Part shown: positions 21,903 to 33,649 of the stretch, one piece after another
Layout of the letters: each line of letters starts with the position of its first letter
How positions within the stretch are numbered: position 1 is the stretch's first letter
Origin: an uncultured virus (IMG/VR IMGVR_UViG_3300025410_000672)
Taxonomy: Duplodnaviria > Heunggongvirae > Uroviricota > Caudoviricetes
Virus record (IMG/VR): IMGVR_UViG_3300025410_000672
Location: 1-64,000 of that record
Length of the DNA: 64,000 nucleotides
Strand: one strand, 5' to 3'
Program-made: the position numbers and the translations under genes
The notes under the pieces: generated by a model
Seen by the model: the letters and a program-made list of their open reading frames with translations, nothing else
The model's database searches: none
What the model was told of the DNA's origin: nothing

Positions 21903-23720
21903 ATGGCAGATCAACCAGATCCGGATACAAAGGGACCTCCTAACGCTCCTAAACCAAATGATAAACCTCCAGATCAATCATACGACCCATCAAGTGATGG
22001 TGGTAGATTTGAAATCCAGCCAAATACCTATGACAAAACAGGAGCACTTCCTAGCGATATATTAGCAAAAAGAAGTTCGGCTAGAAAGAAAGTAGTAAAA
22101 AAGAAATCACCTTCTGGTCAAACAAATTCATCTGATTCTTTGAGTAATCAAGCAAATCAAAATACTGCTGATACTGCTGGTCCTACTCAAACAAAACCAG
22201 CACAAGATCAATATCCTACAGGGCCTGGTGGCTCAACTAATGGTGCTAATGGACCCCCTACATCTACACCAAGTTTTACTCCTACTTCTACACCGACACC
22301 AACACCAACTACCCAACCTTCTGTTCCGCCAAACAGTGGAACTAACAAATCAACTCAACCAAACAATGCACCACCAAATCCTGATCCAACAAGAGGAACA
22401 CCAACAGGACTAACTGTAAAAAGTGGAGCAATCAGAGGACCAGCAGCAGCAGGAACTTATGCATTAGGTCATGCTATTCAAGATTCAATTCCAGGATTTA
22501 ATCGATTTACAGCATTTAACGATGAATATCATCAAGGAACTAATTCATTTCACGCTAAAGGATTAGCACTTGATTTTACAGTTAATTCAGGCGCTGCTGG
22601 TAGTCAAGCAGCAGCAAATGCAGTTTCTCGATTATTAAGTCAAAACGGTATTCGTGGAACAATAATAAATGAATACTTGCATCCATCAGCAAGAGCCACC
22701 GGAGGGCATATTCACGTTAATTATGCATCTTATGCTGATGCAGCAAAAGGAGCGCAAGTATTTGGAGCCGCTGGTTCTAACAATAATCTTATAGCTGGTA
22801 GTGGCCCATTTGATCCCAAAGGAGTTCAATCAGGAGCAGTATCTATGTCAGATAGAGTGTCTTTAGCATTAGCTGCTGGATTTACAAGTGCTGAAGCAGC
22901 AACAATGGGTGCTATATCACAGGCAGAATCATCTGGTAATTCTAATGCACATAATACAAATGCCAGTACTGGAGATAACTCCTATGGACTTTGGCAAATT
23001 AATATGATTGGAAATCTAGGGCCAGCAAGAGATGCGTTATTTAGACAGAACATTCCAGGATATACAGGATATGAATCTTTAAAAAATCCGTGGATTAATG
23101 CTCAAGCGGCTAGACTAATTTATAATCAACAAGGTTTTCGCGCTTGGTCTACATATACAAACGGATCGTACGGAAAATATACCAACGATGCTTTAAATGG
23201 TATAGGAGCAGGATCTGAAACAGCAGGAACAGGAAATGCTACAGGATCTGGTCAATATCCTTCGTCTTCAAGTGGATTAAATGTTAATGGAACTACAGGA
23301 AGTGGTGGAAGCAATAATCCATATGCAGGTGGTCAACCACAACTTGGAATTTTTTCTTTAGCACAATTTCTTCAACAAAATGTTGGAGGTTTCCAGTCTG
23401 TTTCTTCATTTACTAATCCGCCATCTAATTCTTCAAATCCTTCTGCATATTCTAATGGATTAGCATTAGATTTTAAAATAAACAATCCAACTACAAATTT
23501 AGCTGAACAAGATACTCAATATATTAAAAATTTCTTAAATGCAAATAATATCTCCGGAACTGTAACTGACTTTTATCTCACATCGTCACCTATTACAGCA
23601 GGATATATTCATATAGAACTTGCTAACAAAAGTGCAGCAGACCAATTGTCTGTTTACCTTGCTAATTTATCAGATTTTAACGCAACAGTTGCTAATACTA
23701 CTGTTGTAAATGGAAATTAA
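21903..23720 (+). CDS. Virion-associated peptidoglycan hydrolase (M15-like peptidase plus SLT-like lysozyme)
   Basis: SFHAKGLALDF...GGHIHV; AISQAESSG..SYGLWQIN; degenerate second peptidase repeat at the C-terminus. Confidence 0.7.
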   Translation: MADQPDPDTKGPPNAPKPNDKPPDQSYDPSSDGGRFEIQPNTYDKTGALPSDILAKRSSARKKVVKKKSPSGQTNSSDSLSNQANQNTADTAGPTQTKPAQDQYPTGPGGSTNGANGPPTSTPSFTPTSTPTPTPTTQPSVPPNSGTNKSTQPNNAPPNPDPTRGTPTGLTVKSGAIRGPAAAGTYALGHAIQDSIPGFNRFTAFNDEYHQGTNSFHAKGLALDFTVNSGAAGSQAAANAVSRLLSQNGIRGTIINEYLHPSARATGGHIHVNYASYADAAKGAQVFGAAGSNNNLIAGSGPFDPKGVQSGAVSMSDRVSLALAAGFTSAEAATMGAISQAESSGNSNAHNTNASTGDNSYGLWQINMIGNLGPARDALFRQNIPGYTGYESLKNPWINAQAARLIYNQQGFRAWSTYTNGSYGKYTNDALNGIGAGSETAGTGNATGSGQYPSSSSGLNVNGTTGSGGSNNPYAGGQPQLGIFSLAQFLQQNVGGFQSVSSFTNPPSNSSNPSAYSNGLALDFKINNPTTNLAEQDTQYIKNFLNANNISGTVTDFYLTSSPITAGYIHIELANKSAADQLSVYLANLSDFNATVANTTVVNGN

Positions 23721-23749
23721 TACATAATAAATATTATAAGGAGTAAACT

Positions 23750-25297
23750 ATGACAGGACTGGTAGGTATAAGAGCAGCATCAAGTTCAGCAGGACCCGGA
23801 GATGCTTTTTCAGGATCTCCTATTCTTTCTGGATCATCTTTTGCTTCTGGATCGTCGTTACCACCTACAAGTGATTCATTTTCTTCTATAGGTGGATTAG
23901 GAAACTATTCAACAGCAAATGTTAGTCCTTCTCAATATCAAGGAGGTTTTGGTTCAAGCGGACAAAATGCAGGTCAGGCAGCAGCAGATTCAACTGCTAG
24001 TCAATCAAGTTCTAGTAGCAGTAGTGACAATACTGGAAAAAATCCTCAAAGAGGTTCTAGTACTAGAAAAAGAATGAGACGTGTTGATAATAAAGATTCT
24101 AGTTTAAGAGAACCACAACCAGCAGATGATAGAGTTAAATCTGCAACTAGTGATGATGCTGATATGTTCTTGGGTTTAAAAAGTTTAACACAAGAAGGAA
24201 GTAGTGGAAATAATGATGGTAGTTCTTTTTTAATTGATAGTATTCCTCCTAACTTAAACGGTGTAATACAAAGTTTTGTTCCTCAAGTAGCAGGAATGCA
24301 ATCATTATTAGGACAAATACCTAGTGCATCTTTAGGACAATTTTTAAATAATATACCATCAAGTTTACAAAGTTTATTACCAGCAGGAATGTTACCGGGA
24401 GTAACAAGCGGTTCTAATGTAAATTTAAGTACTATACAAAATTTAGCAAGCCAAGCAGGATTATCACAAAGTGCATTGTCAGGGTTATTAGGATCTAATG
24501 TAGGTAGTTCTGGAGGCAGTGGGTCTTTGCCAAGTCTTGCAAATGGTTTACAAAGTTCAGCGATATCGGGACTTTCACAAGCAATTCCTTCCAATATTGC
24601 TCAATCATTGTTCAATCCTAGTCAATTAACCAGTATGCTTCCTGCTAATTTACAAAACTTAATTCCTCAAGTTCCTCCAATATTCTCAGAAGGTGCAGAA
24701 AATCTTACATCAGCAGTAGCAAATGCTGCTCCTCAGATGGCTCCAAATAGCGACCAACCTAGTGGTGGTCAGGGAAGTAATGGATGTAACCATGTTGATC
24801 CTTCCAACGATGGAAAAAATAATACTAATACTCGTTATATTGATTATACACAAATGTTGTCACAAAATTTCTCCCTAGGTCAATTAACACTCTTGTCTGG
24901 TGTTGCTCCTGGTAGATTCCCACTAAGCGGAAAAGATTTAGATAAAGTTACTAAAAGTCTTTCTGGCGTTGCAGAAAATGTTTTAGAACCTTTAAAAACT
25001 GCTTATGGAGCATTTACTATTGTAGGTGGACTAAGAGATGATGGCGAACATAAGGATGGAAAATGTATAGATCTTTCATGGGCATGTAGTCAAACCAAAT
25101 TAATGGAAATTGCTCAATATGTACAAAACAGTCTTCCTGTATCCGAAGTTCAAATGCATCAAGGAAAAGGAAATGTAGGTTGGTTGCATATTAAATACGA
25201 CAATGGATCTTGTGGTGCTAGTGCCCAAACAAATAGTCCAGCAGGTGGACAAACTTCTGGATTAGTTGATTGGTCAACAATTCCATATACATTTTGA
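23750..25297 (+). CDS. Ser/Gly-rich baseplate-associated protein with C-terminal M15-like peptidase
   Basis: LSQNFSL...VLEPL...H..GKCID...WLHI. Confidence 0.6.
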   Translation: MTGLVGIRAASSSAGPGDAFSGSPILSGSSFASGSSLPPTSDSFSSIGGLGNYSTANVSPSQYQGGFGSSGQNAGQAAADSTASQSSSSSSSDNTGKNPQRGSSTRKRMRRVDNKDSSLREPQPADDRVKSATSDDADMFLGLKSLTQEGSSGNNDGSSFLIDSIPPNLNGVIQSFVPQVAGMQSLLGQIPSASLGQFLNNIPSSLQSLLPAGMLPGVTSGSNVNLSTIQNLASQAGLSQSALSGLLGSNVGSSGGSGSLPSLANGLQSSAISGLSQAIPSNIAQSLFNPSQLTSMLPANLQNLIPQVPPIFSEGAENLTSAVANAAPQMAPNSDQPSGGQGSNGCNHVDPSNDGKNNTNTRYIDYTQMLSQNFSLGQLTLLSGVAPGRFPLSGKDLDKVTKSLSGVAENVLEPLKTAYGAFTIVGGLRDDGEHKDGKCIDLSWACSQTKLMEIAQYVQNSLPVSEVQMHQGKGNVGWLHIKYDNGSCGASAQTNSPAGGQTSGLVDWSTIPYTF

Positions 25298-25324
25298 CAC
25301 AATCTAAATCCTATGCTATAAATA
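25294..25324 (+). promoter_or_regulatory. Composite sigma70 and T4-late promoter for tmRNA
   Basis: TTGACA-17 bp-TATAAA, with the -10 extended as TATAAATA. Confidence 0.7.
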
Positions 25325-25327
25325 GTT

Positions 25328-25637
25328 CATCATTGTTGATATCAATGTAATAAAACGAACTGGACGCCGGGGCGGTACCGGCCGCCTCCACCATAGTAGC
25401 ATTGTTTCCTAGGCCTGGCCCATGAAATCGCCCTTTGCGGTTGACAGTGCTACTTTGATGGGGGCGACAAAGGATTGACAGGCGAATAAAGATTGAAGTA
25501 GATGGTCCGGCGAAAGCTCGGTTAACGCAATAAAACTAATAAATGCAGCAAACGATAACTTTGCTCCATCTAAGGTTTCTGCTCTAGTAGCTTGACCTTA
25601 ATGAGCCCGCCGGAGCTCGGAAACAGAATCCGGCACT
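25328..25637 (+). ncRNA. ssrA: Circularly permuted two-piece tmRNA
   Basis: 3' acceptor end CGCCTCCACCA (ends 25393) precedes the 5' end GGGGGCG (25460), G3-U70; paired intervening segment; tag ORF AANDNFAPSKVSALVA* at 25545..25595; outer ends approximate. Confidence 0.9.
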
Positions 25638-25947
25638 TAATTCAAAAAAATATTTGCTTAATCATAGTATTATGTGCTATGATTATAAATATGAGCACCA
25701 AAAAGAAAACTTGTGAAACTTGTGTTTTTTGGCATGTTCCAAAAGGTTCAAGTATCGACGTCGAAAATGAGTGTCGCCGATACCCACCCCGAAGGATCAT
25801 TAATTCAGAATCTGAATTCCCCGAAACTTATCATAATGATTGGTGCGGGGAATATAAGAAAGATGAAAAGAAATAACCCGCTACTGGTCTGTGCCGCCAA
25901 GCCCATAGGGGACGGACAGCCAAAGAGGGCCAAAATTGCCCACTTAT

Positions 25948-25976
25948 AAGAAGAGTCCTAAGGGGCTCTTCTTTTC
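25948..25976 (+). terminator. Rho-independent terminator
   Basis: AAGAAGAGTCCT / GGGGCTCTTCTT hairpin followed by T-run. Confidence 0.75.
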
Positions 25977-26568
25977 TATTGATTAGTTTCGAATTTGATT
26001 ATATACTTTTGTTATAGGAGAATTCTATGAGCAGAGTGTTGAAACGAACTTTGTGGAAATTATCCCAATTCTTTGGAGTAATCTTTGGTGCCTTCGTATA
26101 TGTTGTCGGTAGTGCTTATCTCGGATATCTTCTTTTTGGAAAACCTGAAGCAGGATTATTTACATTCCTTGGTAGCGGAGTGTTAGCAACAATAATTAAA
26201 TGGACCTACGATGACGCAAAGCGTGAGATTGAACGTGAAAACGAAGAACTCTTGCGTAAACTTCAAGTAGAAGATATTAAAAAAAAGTGTAATATAAAAT
26301 GATACAGAAAATTACCGCAGATCTCACCCATCTTCCGGATCAAGTATTAACGGGTCCACTTCAAATCAACGACGATTATCCTGGATTTTTTCTTCGAGGT
26401 GATGCTACCCTTTATTATGCTATATGTTTGGAAAATGTCCTAGAAGCCCTAAAAAGAGACATAAATCCGGACCCAGTTTATGAAGAATCTCTCCATAAGT
26501 TGTTGCGTTCCTTGCGAGGAAATCGTATAAGTAGTATAGAAGATGACGACAACGACGTAGGATGTTAA

Positions 26569-27153
26569 ATGGCAAGAACTAAAGAACTCGATTTACCAGA
26601 CTTATCATCAACATTATCTCTAGAAGATCATGGGATTTTCTTACTTTATGACGAAATCACTAGTGCCAATACTAGTGATGCTATTGAGTTCATTTTAAAA
26701 AAATGTCTAATGCCCGTAAAAAATCGTCCAAAGAATTTAACTATTATAATCAATAGTATGGGAGGAGACGTAACTTCCGCTTTCGCACTCATTGATATAA
26801 TGCTAGGCAGCAAAATACCAGTACATACACTAGGACTTGGACAAATTAGTTCTGCTGGATTGCTTATTTTTATGGCTGGTGCTAAAGGAAGTAGAACACT
26901 TACTCCAAATACTAGTATATTAAGCCATCAATTTAGTTGGGGAACTGAAGGTAAAGAACACGAACTTCTAGCCGCAGTTAAAGAATATAATTTAACAAGT
27001 AAGCGTATGCTTAATCATTATAAAGCATGTACTGGACTAACAGATGCTAAAATCAAAAAAATCCTAATGCCTAGTTCAGACGTTTATCTAGATTCACAAG
27101 AAGCAATAGAATATAATATCGCAGATAAAGTAGTTTCCACATATCTTCCATGA
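26569..27153 (+). CDS. Divergent ClpP-family protease
   Basis: IINSMGG, GQISSAG (catalytic Ser), ILSHQ (His). Confidence 0.8.
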   Translation: MARTKELDLPDLSSTLSLEDHGIFLLYDEITSANTSDAIEFILKKCLMPVKNRPKNLTIIINSMGGDVTSAFALIDIMLGSKIPVHTLGLGQISSAGLLIFMAGAKGSRTLTPNTSILSHQFSWGTEGKEHELLAAVKEYNLTSKRMLNHYKACTGLTDAKIKKILMPSSDVYLDSQEAIEYNIADKVVSTYLP

Positions 27154-27177
27154 TAAGTAGTTGCCAAGGAGGTTCCT

Positions 27178-27975
27178 ATGGCAAGTATTCTATCATATAC
27201 ACTACCTATATTCGCAAAAATATTACCAAATCCACATCAGGTCTTTAAGGATGAACCATATGGTGACAAGCCCGGGCAGACTGCTGATTGTTATTTTCTT
27301 AAGAAGAATAATGGATCTAATCCTACAATAATTTTCATACACGGCGGAGGATGGGGAGCAGGTGATAAATCTGCTTACGAAGGAAGAGCAAAGAAATATG
27401 GACTTGCTGGATTTAATGTTATATCATTAAACTATACTTTAGCAACACCAGACACTTCTACACATTGGGATGCTCAATTACAAGATGTACGAGCAGCATT
27501 AAATTGGGTTAAGAGTAATGCTCAAAAATGGGGCATTGATCCGTACAAGATTGCTGTAGGCGGTGATTCAGCGGGTGGACATCTTGCTCTTTGGCTCGGG
27601 TTAGAACCAGGCGTTAAAGCAGTTCTTAACATGTTTGGACCTTGCGATTTAACACAACCACAAATGGCACAGGTTATGGCTGGACTAGATGTATTTGGAC
27701 ATCAGACTTATGAACAGAATCCACAACTCTATATAGATGCTAGTCCAATTTTTAAAATGACTGGAGGTTATCCTCCAACATACATTGTCCATTCTACAGA
27801 TGATGCTATTGTTCCATATGTTGAGGCACAGACTTTGGTTAATAAGTTAACACAACTATCAGTCTATAATATACTTCTAACATATGTTGGTGGACATGAT
27901 CTTAGCAAAGTTCCATCTTACAAAGTAACTTGGCTTGAACTTAAAGGATTGTGGTTCCTTCTAGGACAAGTTTAA
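27178..27975 (+). CDS. Esterase/lipase (HSL-type alpha/beta hydrolase)
   Basis: HGGGW, GDSAGG, D and GGH residues. Confidence 0.85.
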   Translation: MASILSYTLPIFAKILPNPHQVFKDEPYGDKPGQTADCYFLKKNNGSNPTIIFIHGGGWGAGDKSAYEGRAKKYGLAGFNVISLNYTLATPDTSTHWDAQLQDVRAALNWVKSNAQKWGIDPYKIAVGGDSAGGHLALWLGLEPGVKAVLNMFGPCDLTQPQMAQVMAGLDVFGHQTYEQNPQLYIDASPIFKMTGGYPPTYIVHSTDDAIVPYVEAQTLVNKLTQLSVYNILLTYVGGHDLSKVPSYKVTWLELKGLWFLLGQV

Positions 27976-28689
27976 TCAAGGTTGACTACTATAGCAGTGA
28001 TGCTATAGTAGTTTTATGTTTATAACAGAATCACCTAAAACAAAGTTTGTCAAAATGACAGATAAAGATCCACGATGGATTCAATCTGATGGGTTAGCAT
28101 GGTATGAGCGTGCCTGTTTAGAAGTTAGTCCAGAATGTCCTAGTGAGGTGGTCTTTATACTTCAAAACGCTATGAGTAAAGGATGGATTACTCAATCTGT
28201 TTATGTTCCAGAAAAGACGCTAATGTGGGAAACCCTAGGAGGTTCAAAGTGAGTTTTCATTTAGTCGGCCCATATCTTACTACTACCAAATATAACAGCA
28301 AGAAGAAAAAGAGCAATAGTAAGAAACTTGCCCAAGCCACAGCCGAACATGATAAGTGGCTTATGGACCGTGGTCTTCATCCTAGCCAGCGTAACCTACA
28401 GAAAGCCTTTAAGGGCAAATATAAGGCAGCATTACCTGATCTTAAAGTAGAGAGTAACTATCCACTTTCTAATGTTATTGAGGCCAATGGCTTTAGACGC
28501 GGCGTCATGCATAATCTACATAAAGAAAATGCTGCTACTCAGCAGGCTATTTTAGACAAGGCTAAACTAGTTGATCAGGCTTATAACAAGGGTCCATTTA
28601 TGGTTATGAGTAAAAGTGATGACCCCACAAAAAGTGGTAGTAAAAGTCGCCGTGGCTAAGATAAATAATAGAAAGAAGGATACCGAACC

Positions 28690-29382
28690 ATGGCATCAGG
28701 ATTTTCAAATTCACAAGATCAATTAACACCTACATACTATCGTGTGTATATCAATTTAAGTGGTTACTCATCAACTGCTACTTCTACAGCATCGGGAGCA
28801 GTTGAGCCATTTGATTACGATAGTTTTGCTACACTTAATACTACAACAAATAACTCAATACGTCGTGCTAGAGGAAACATTCGTTGGAATGCTATTCTTA
28901 ACCAACTTCAACTATTTTCAAACTGTGAAATCCTAGACGTTACTGCCACAACGGCTGGTCCAGCGTTTGAAACAGCAGCAGATGATGTTGCTACTGCACT
29001 TGCTTTTACAGTTGGATATTATCAAGAAGAATACATTTACAATGGCTGGTTAAAACTAACTGGTGGTGCTGTTCTAAGTGACGGAGCAACTCCACTAGAT
29101 GGTCGTCCTTGGGAACAACTTTCAAGATCATATCAAGCATCTAATATAGCAGCCGCTATTCAAGAAGCAGTAACAAGAGGTATTACACTTGGTAGTTCAA
29201 GTGGTTATACTCGTCGTTATAGAACACTTGATGTTTTTAGCTCAGGTGGATATGAGCAGAGAGATCTCGATGTTACAATAACACAACCAGATACTCCTGC
29301 TAACATTTGGGCAACTATTACATCATGTAGTGTTATTGAATCAATGACTCAGGAAACAATAGATACTGCGTCAGATACGTAA
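28690..29382 (+). CDS. Putative virion structural protein
   Basis: Thr/Ala/Ser-rich, late motif upstream. Confidence 0.45.
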   Translation: MASGFSNSQDQLTPTYYRVYINLSGYSSTATSTASGAVEPFDYDSFATLNTTTNNSIRRARGNIRWNAILNQLQLFSNCEILDVTATTAGPAFETAADDVATALAFTVGYYQEEYIYNGWLKLTGGAVLSDGATPLDGRPWEQLSRSYQASNIAAAIQEAVTRGITLGSSSGYTRRYRTLDVFSSGGYEQRDLDVTITQPDTPANIWATITSCSVIESMTQETIDTASDT

Positions 29383-29396
29383 GGTAGAATAAAGAA

Positions 29397-30740
29397 TTGT
29401 TTTTCGCATTAATAACGCTGCTGACTGCTTTGGTAATCAGCAGCGTCGCTATTTACTACTCAGTTTCTGGACTTGCTGCTATCTTCGCAGCATCAGCAAT
29501 ACCTATTATTATAATGGGTATGAGTTTAGAAATTGGCAAACTTGTAACTGCTGTTTGGTTACATAAGAATTGGAATTCTGCCCCTAAGATATTACGAACA
29601 TATTTTATGATTGCTACATTGGTTCTAATGTTTATTACATCAATGGGTATCTTTGGTTTTTTATCAAGAGCACATATTGAACAATCAGCACCAATTGGAG
29701 ATATTGCTGCTCAGATTGAAATGATTGACGCAAAGATACAAACTAAAAAAGAAGAAATTACTAACGCTCAAACAACTATTAAAGGCTTAGATGAAGTTGT
29801 TAATCAATATCTAACAAAAGGTACAGACGTTAAATCAGTAACAAGTGCTAATAGTGCTCGTAAACAGAATTCAGGTGAGCGTAACAAATTACAAAAACAA
29901 ATTGATCAAGTACAAAAGGATATTGCTAAACTCAACGAAGAGAAGTTTCCGTTAAGTCAAAAGATTCGCAAAGCAGAAGCAGAAGTTGGACCTATCAAGT
30001 ATATTGCTCAAATGATTTATGGAGATAATCCAGATAAGAATCTATTAGAAAAAGCAGTAACATGGATGATATTTGTTATTATCTTTGTATTTGATCCACT
30101 TGCTGTTCTACTGCTTATAGCAAGTCAAATCGGGTTTGAACAAGCAAGCGAACATAAGAAGTTTGTAAAGGCAGAAGCAGAACGTGCTAAACGTGAAGCA
30201 GAGGAAGAAATTGAACGTATTAAACGTGAAAAAGAAGAGAAAGCAGAACGTAAACGTAAAGAAGTTGCTGCTGAAGAAGAACGTCAAAGATTAGAAGAAG
30301 AAGCCGTTGCTGAACGTAAACGTATTGATGCTGAATTAAGAGCAGAACGTAAACGTCAAGAAGCAGAAATAGAAATGAAACGTCTAGAAGCAGAAGCAGA
30401 AGTTTCTCGCTTAAAGATTGCTGCTGAAGAAGCAGAGCGTAGACGTATTGAAGAAGAATCAAATGCTCGTAAGATTTTAGAACAAGAAATAGAACTTGCT
30501 AAAGAGATTGTTGAAAAGCCAGTTAGAAAGCCAAGAGTTAAAAAAGAACCAGTAATAAAAACTCCAGAACAACTTGCAGAAGAAGTTACTAACGATCTTG
30601 ATGCTTGGAATAAAATGATTGAAGAAGCAGAAAAGGCAGTAGCAGAAGAAAAAGTTCTCAAAGAAGTTACCTTGCCTAAAAAAAAAGAAAACTTTATAAA
30701 AAAAGAGGGAAATCGTCAGATCAAAGTAGAGAAGAAGTAA
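29397..30740 (+). CDS. Membrane protein with long coiled coil
   Basis: N-terminal TM segments, FDPLAV motif, E/K/R/A-rich C-terminus. Confidence 0.6.
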   Translation: MFFALITLLTALVISSVAIYYSVSGLAAIFAASAIPIIIMGMSLEIGKLVTAVWLHKNWNSAPKILRTYFMIATLVLMFITSMGIFGFLSRAHIEQSAPIGDIAAQIEMIDAKIQTKKEEITNAQTTIKGLDEVVNQYLTKGTDVKSVTSANSARKQNSGERNKLQKQIDQVQKDIAKLNEEKFPLSQKIRKAEAEVGPIKYIAQMIYGDNPDKNLLEKAVTWMIFVIIFVFDPLAVLLLIASQIGFEQASEHKKFVKAEAERAKREAEEEIERIKREKEEKAERKRKEVAAEEERQRLEEEAVAERKRIDAELRAERKRQEAEIEMKRLEAEAEVSRLKIAAEEAERRRIEEESNARKILEQEIELAKEIVEKPVRKPRVKKEPVIKTPEQLAEEVTNDLDAWNKMIEEAEKAVAEEKVLKEVTLPKKKENFIKKEGNRQIKVEKK

Positions 30741-31335
30741 TTGATAATTTAAAAGATAGAATTTATAGATCAAAAAAATTGTTCAGACCTATGGATTTTC
30801 TTTTTAATGAATATCAATTAAATCGATTTGCTGATATAGATTTAACAAATCAAGATCTATCAAATCCAGAGATGTTAAGACTAATTAAGTATGTTGATTC
30901 TATACAAGCAAAAGAAATACAATTTGAAGATATGCCGGCAAAGTATAGACAAATGTTAGCGGATTTAATTTACAGTGTCTAAAAAATTAATAATAGTTAC
31001 CCCGCCAGATTACTATCATGCAAATGCTACAAGAATATTATTAATCAATCCAACTTCTGAAGAAAAAGAAGAAATTCAAGAATGGCTTAAGAAACATAAT
31101 GAATTTGAAATAATTCTATATCTTTATAACAATAATCATGATATAATTTGGCTTCTCAATAAATTAGAAATATCAGATTCAGTTTATTTTAATGTTGACA
31201 ACAGTGAAGATATTTCATATTATTATAGTAGTTACATAATATCTTTCCCAAAAGTAACTTTCAAAACAAAATTTGATTATTCTATAATCAACAATGACAA
31301 GGTGGAAAAAATCGATGAGTTTATTCAACGACAAC

Positions 31336-31575
31336 ATGTGGGTTAACGATAATAACACTGGTCGTCTTTTTAAGGGCACCAAAATATATGTTAAAAACAA
31401 TGACGTAAACAAAGCATTACGTAAATTTAAAAAGAGACTCCAAGATGAGGGTTGGTTTAATGAATTACGTAAAAGAGAACATTATGTCTCTAGAGGCGAG
31501 AAAAAAAGAAAGAAGCTTGCTGCTGCTATGAGTAGAGATCGTAAACGTATTTCTCAATGGTTACGTGATAACTGA
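31336..31575 (+). CDS. rpsU: Ribosomal protein bS21
   Basis: V.NNDV.KALRKFKK.....ELRKREHY...EKKRKK; start uncertain. Confidence 0.85.
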   Translation: MWVNDNNTGRLFKGTKIYVKNNDVNKALRKFKKRLQDEGWFNELRKREHYVSRGEKKRKKLAAAMSRDRKRISQWLRDN

Positions 31576-31645
31576 AAATTAATATTATGAATATAATTAA
31601 ATCATTATCTTGTAATTTAATGATTTAATTATTATATATAAGTAT

Positions 31646-31705
31646 ATCTGCTACGTTGCTCTAGTAGAATGTAGTAGATTTCTTGCTTAACAAAGGAGAA
31701 AACAC
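31646..31705 (+). promoter_or_regulatory. ROSE-like RNA thermometer upstream of dnaK
   Basis: TCTTGCT pairs with SD AGGAGA leaving a bulged G; upstream hairpin ATCTGCTAC/GTAGTAGAT. Confidence 0.6.
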
Positions 31706-33607
31706 ATGGCAAAGATAATCGGTATTGACCTCGGAACCACCAATAGCTGCGTTGCAGTTTTAGAAAACGGAACCCCCAAAGTAATTGAAAACGCAGAAGG
31801 TGCTAGAACAACACCAAGTATTGTTGGCTATGCTGACGATGGTGAAGTTCTAATCGGTCAACCAGCAAAGCGTCAAGCAGTAACTAATCCAACTAACACA
31901 ATTTATGCTGCTAAACGTTTCATCGGACGTCGCTTCAAAGAAGATGCTGTCCAAAAAGAAGTAAAGAATGCTCCATATAAAGTTGTGGAAGCAAAAAGTG
32001 GTGATGCGTGGATTAACGCAGGTGGCAAAGACATGGCACCTCAGCAGATATCAGCGGAAGTCCTTCGCAAAATGAAAAAGACTGCTGAAGACTATCTCGG
32101 TTATTCTGTTACAGAAGCAGTTATCACAGTTCCTGCTTACTTTAACGATGCCCAACGTCAAGCAACTAAGGACGCTGGTAAGATCGCAGGGCTTGAGGTA
32201 AAGCGTATCATCAACGAACCAACTGCTGCTGCTCTTGCATTTGGATGTGATAAGAGTGATAAGAAGGATCGTAAGGTAGCAGTATACGATCTCGGTGGTG
32301 GTACATTTGATATTAGTATAATTGATATCGCTGACACCGACGGTGATAAGCAGTTTGAGGTTCTATCCACAAACGGTGATACACATCTCGGTGGTGAAGA
32401 CTTTGACCAAAGAGTCATTGATTACCTTGTAGACGAATTTAAAAAGGAACAAGGCATTGATCTAAAGAAGGACACTATGGCTATTCAGCGTCTTAAAGAG
32501 GCTGCTGAAAAGGCAAAGATTGAGTTATCATCGGCAACTCAAACTGATGTCAATCTTCCTTATATCACTGCTGATGCTTCTGGACCTAAGCATTTGACGG
32601 TCAAAATCACCCGTTCAAAGTTTGAGGCGCTTGTGGAGGATTTGGTTCAGCGCTCTATTGCGCCATGTCAAATCGCCCTTAAAGACGCAGGTCTTAAGGC
32701 TACTGATATCGACGATGTGATATTAGTAGGCGGGCAAACTCGAATGCCAATGGTTCAAGAAGCAGTTGAAAAGTTCTTCGGTAAAGCACCACGTAAGGAT
32801 GTGAATCCAGATGAAGCAGTTGCCGTTGGTGCTGCTATCCAAGGTGCAGTATTAGGAGGTGATAAGAATGACGTATTATTACTTGACGTTACTCCGTTGT
32901 CACTTGGTATTGAGACAATGGGAGGTGTCTTTACAAAACTCATTGACAAAAATACAACTATTCCTACTAAGAAGAGCCAAGTCTTCTCAACTGCTGAAGA
33001 CAATCAGCCTGCCGTTACTATTAAGGTTGGACAGGGTGAAAGAGAACTTTTCGAGTATAATAAGTTACTTGGACTTTTTAATCTCGAAGGTATTGCTCCT
33101 GCTCGTCGTGGTATTCCACAAATTGAAGTTACATTCGATGTGGATGCTAACGGTATTCTTAGTGTTTCTGCAAAAGATAAGGGAACAGGTAAAGAACAAA
33201 AAATCACTATTCAAGCGAATGGTGGTTTAACTGAGGCTGAAATTGACCAAATGGTTAAAGATGCCGAAGCGAATGCCGCAGAGGATCATAAGAGAAGGGA
33301 GCTCATAGATGCTCGCAACAATGCAGATGCTAATGTAGCAAATATTCGCAGAGAACTTGAAGAGCATGGCGACAAAATATCTGCTGATGATAAGCAGAAA
33401 ATCGAAGATGTTCTTAAGGATGCAGAGGAAACTATCAAGGGAGAAGATAAAGAAGCTATTGATAAGGCTACACAGAAAATCTTCGAAGTTGCCGGTCCTC
33501 TATTCGCCGCCGCACAAGCAGCAAAACAAGAAGAACAATCAAGTAATAGCGACCCTGAAGTAAATCCAGATGTTGTTGACGCTGAATTTACCGAAGTAAA
33601 AGAGTAA
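31706..33607 (+). CDS. dnaK: Chaperone DnaK (Hsp70)
   Basis: [23 protein letters not shown]-terminal DAEFTEV. Confidence 0.98.
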   Translation: MAKIIGIDLGTTNSCVAVLENGTPKVIENAEGARTTPSIVGYADDGEVLIGQPAKRQAVTNPTNTIYAAKRFIGRRFKEDAVQKEVKNAPYKVVEAKSGDAWINAGGKDMAPQQISAEVLRKMKKTAEDYLGYSVTEAVITVPAYFNDAQRQATKDAGKIAGLEVKRIINEPTAAALAFGCDKSDKKDRKVAVYDLGGGTFDISIIDIADTDGDKQFEVLSTNGDTHLGGEDFDQRVIDYLVDEFKKEQGIDLKKDTMAIQRLKEAAEKAKIELSSATQTDVNLPYITADASGPKHLTVKITRSKFEALVEDLVQRSIAPCQIALKDAGLKATDIDDVILVGGQTRMPMVQEAVEKFFGKAPRKDVNPDEAVAVGAAIQGAVLGGDKNDVLLLDVTPLSLGIETMGGVFTKLIDKNTTIPTKKSQVFSTAEDNQPAVTIKVGQGERELFEYNKLLGLFNLEGIAPARRGIPQIEVTFDVDANGILSVSAKDKGTGKEQKITIQANGGLTEAEIDQMVKDAEANAAEDHKRRELIDARNNADANVANIRRELEEHGDKISADDKQKIEDVLKDAEETIKGEDKEAIDKATQKIFEVAGPLFAAAQAAKQEEQSSNSDPEVNPDVVDAEFTEVKE

Positions 33608-33649
33608 AACTCTTGACAAATTGTAGTTTAAGTACTACATAATAAATAG

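Noticed and set aside
30170..30480. Repetitive GAAGCAGAACGT-like sequence
   Set aside because: Explained by the E/A/R/K coiled-coil coding sequence.
32158..33563. Alternative-frame ORFs inside dnaK (likewise in nrdA, ftsH and pmoC)
   Set aside because: Shadow ORFs within conserved genes, with no SD or motifs.
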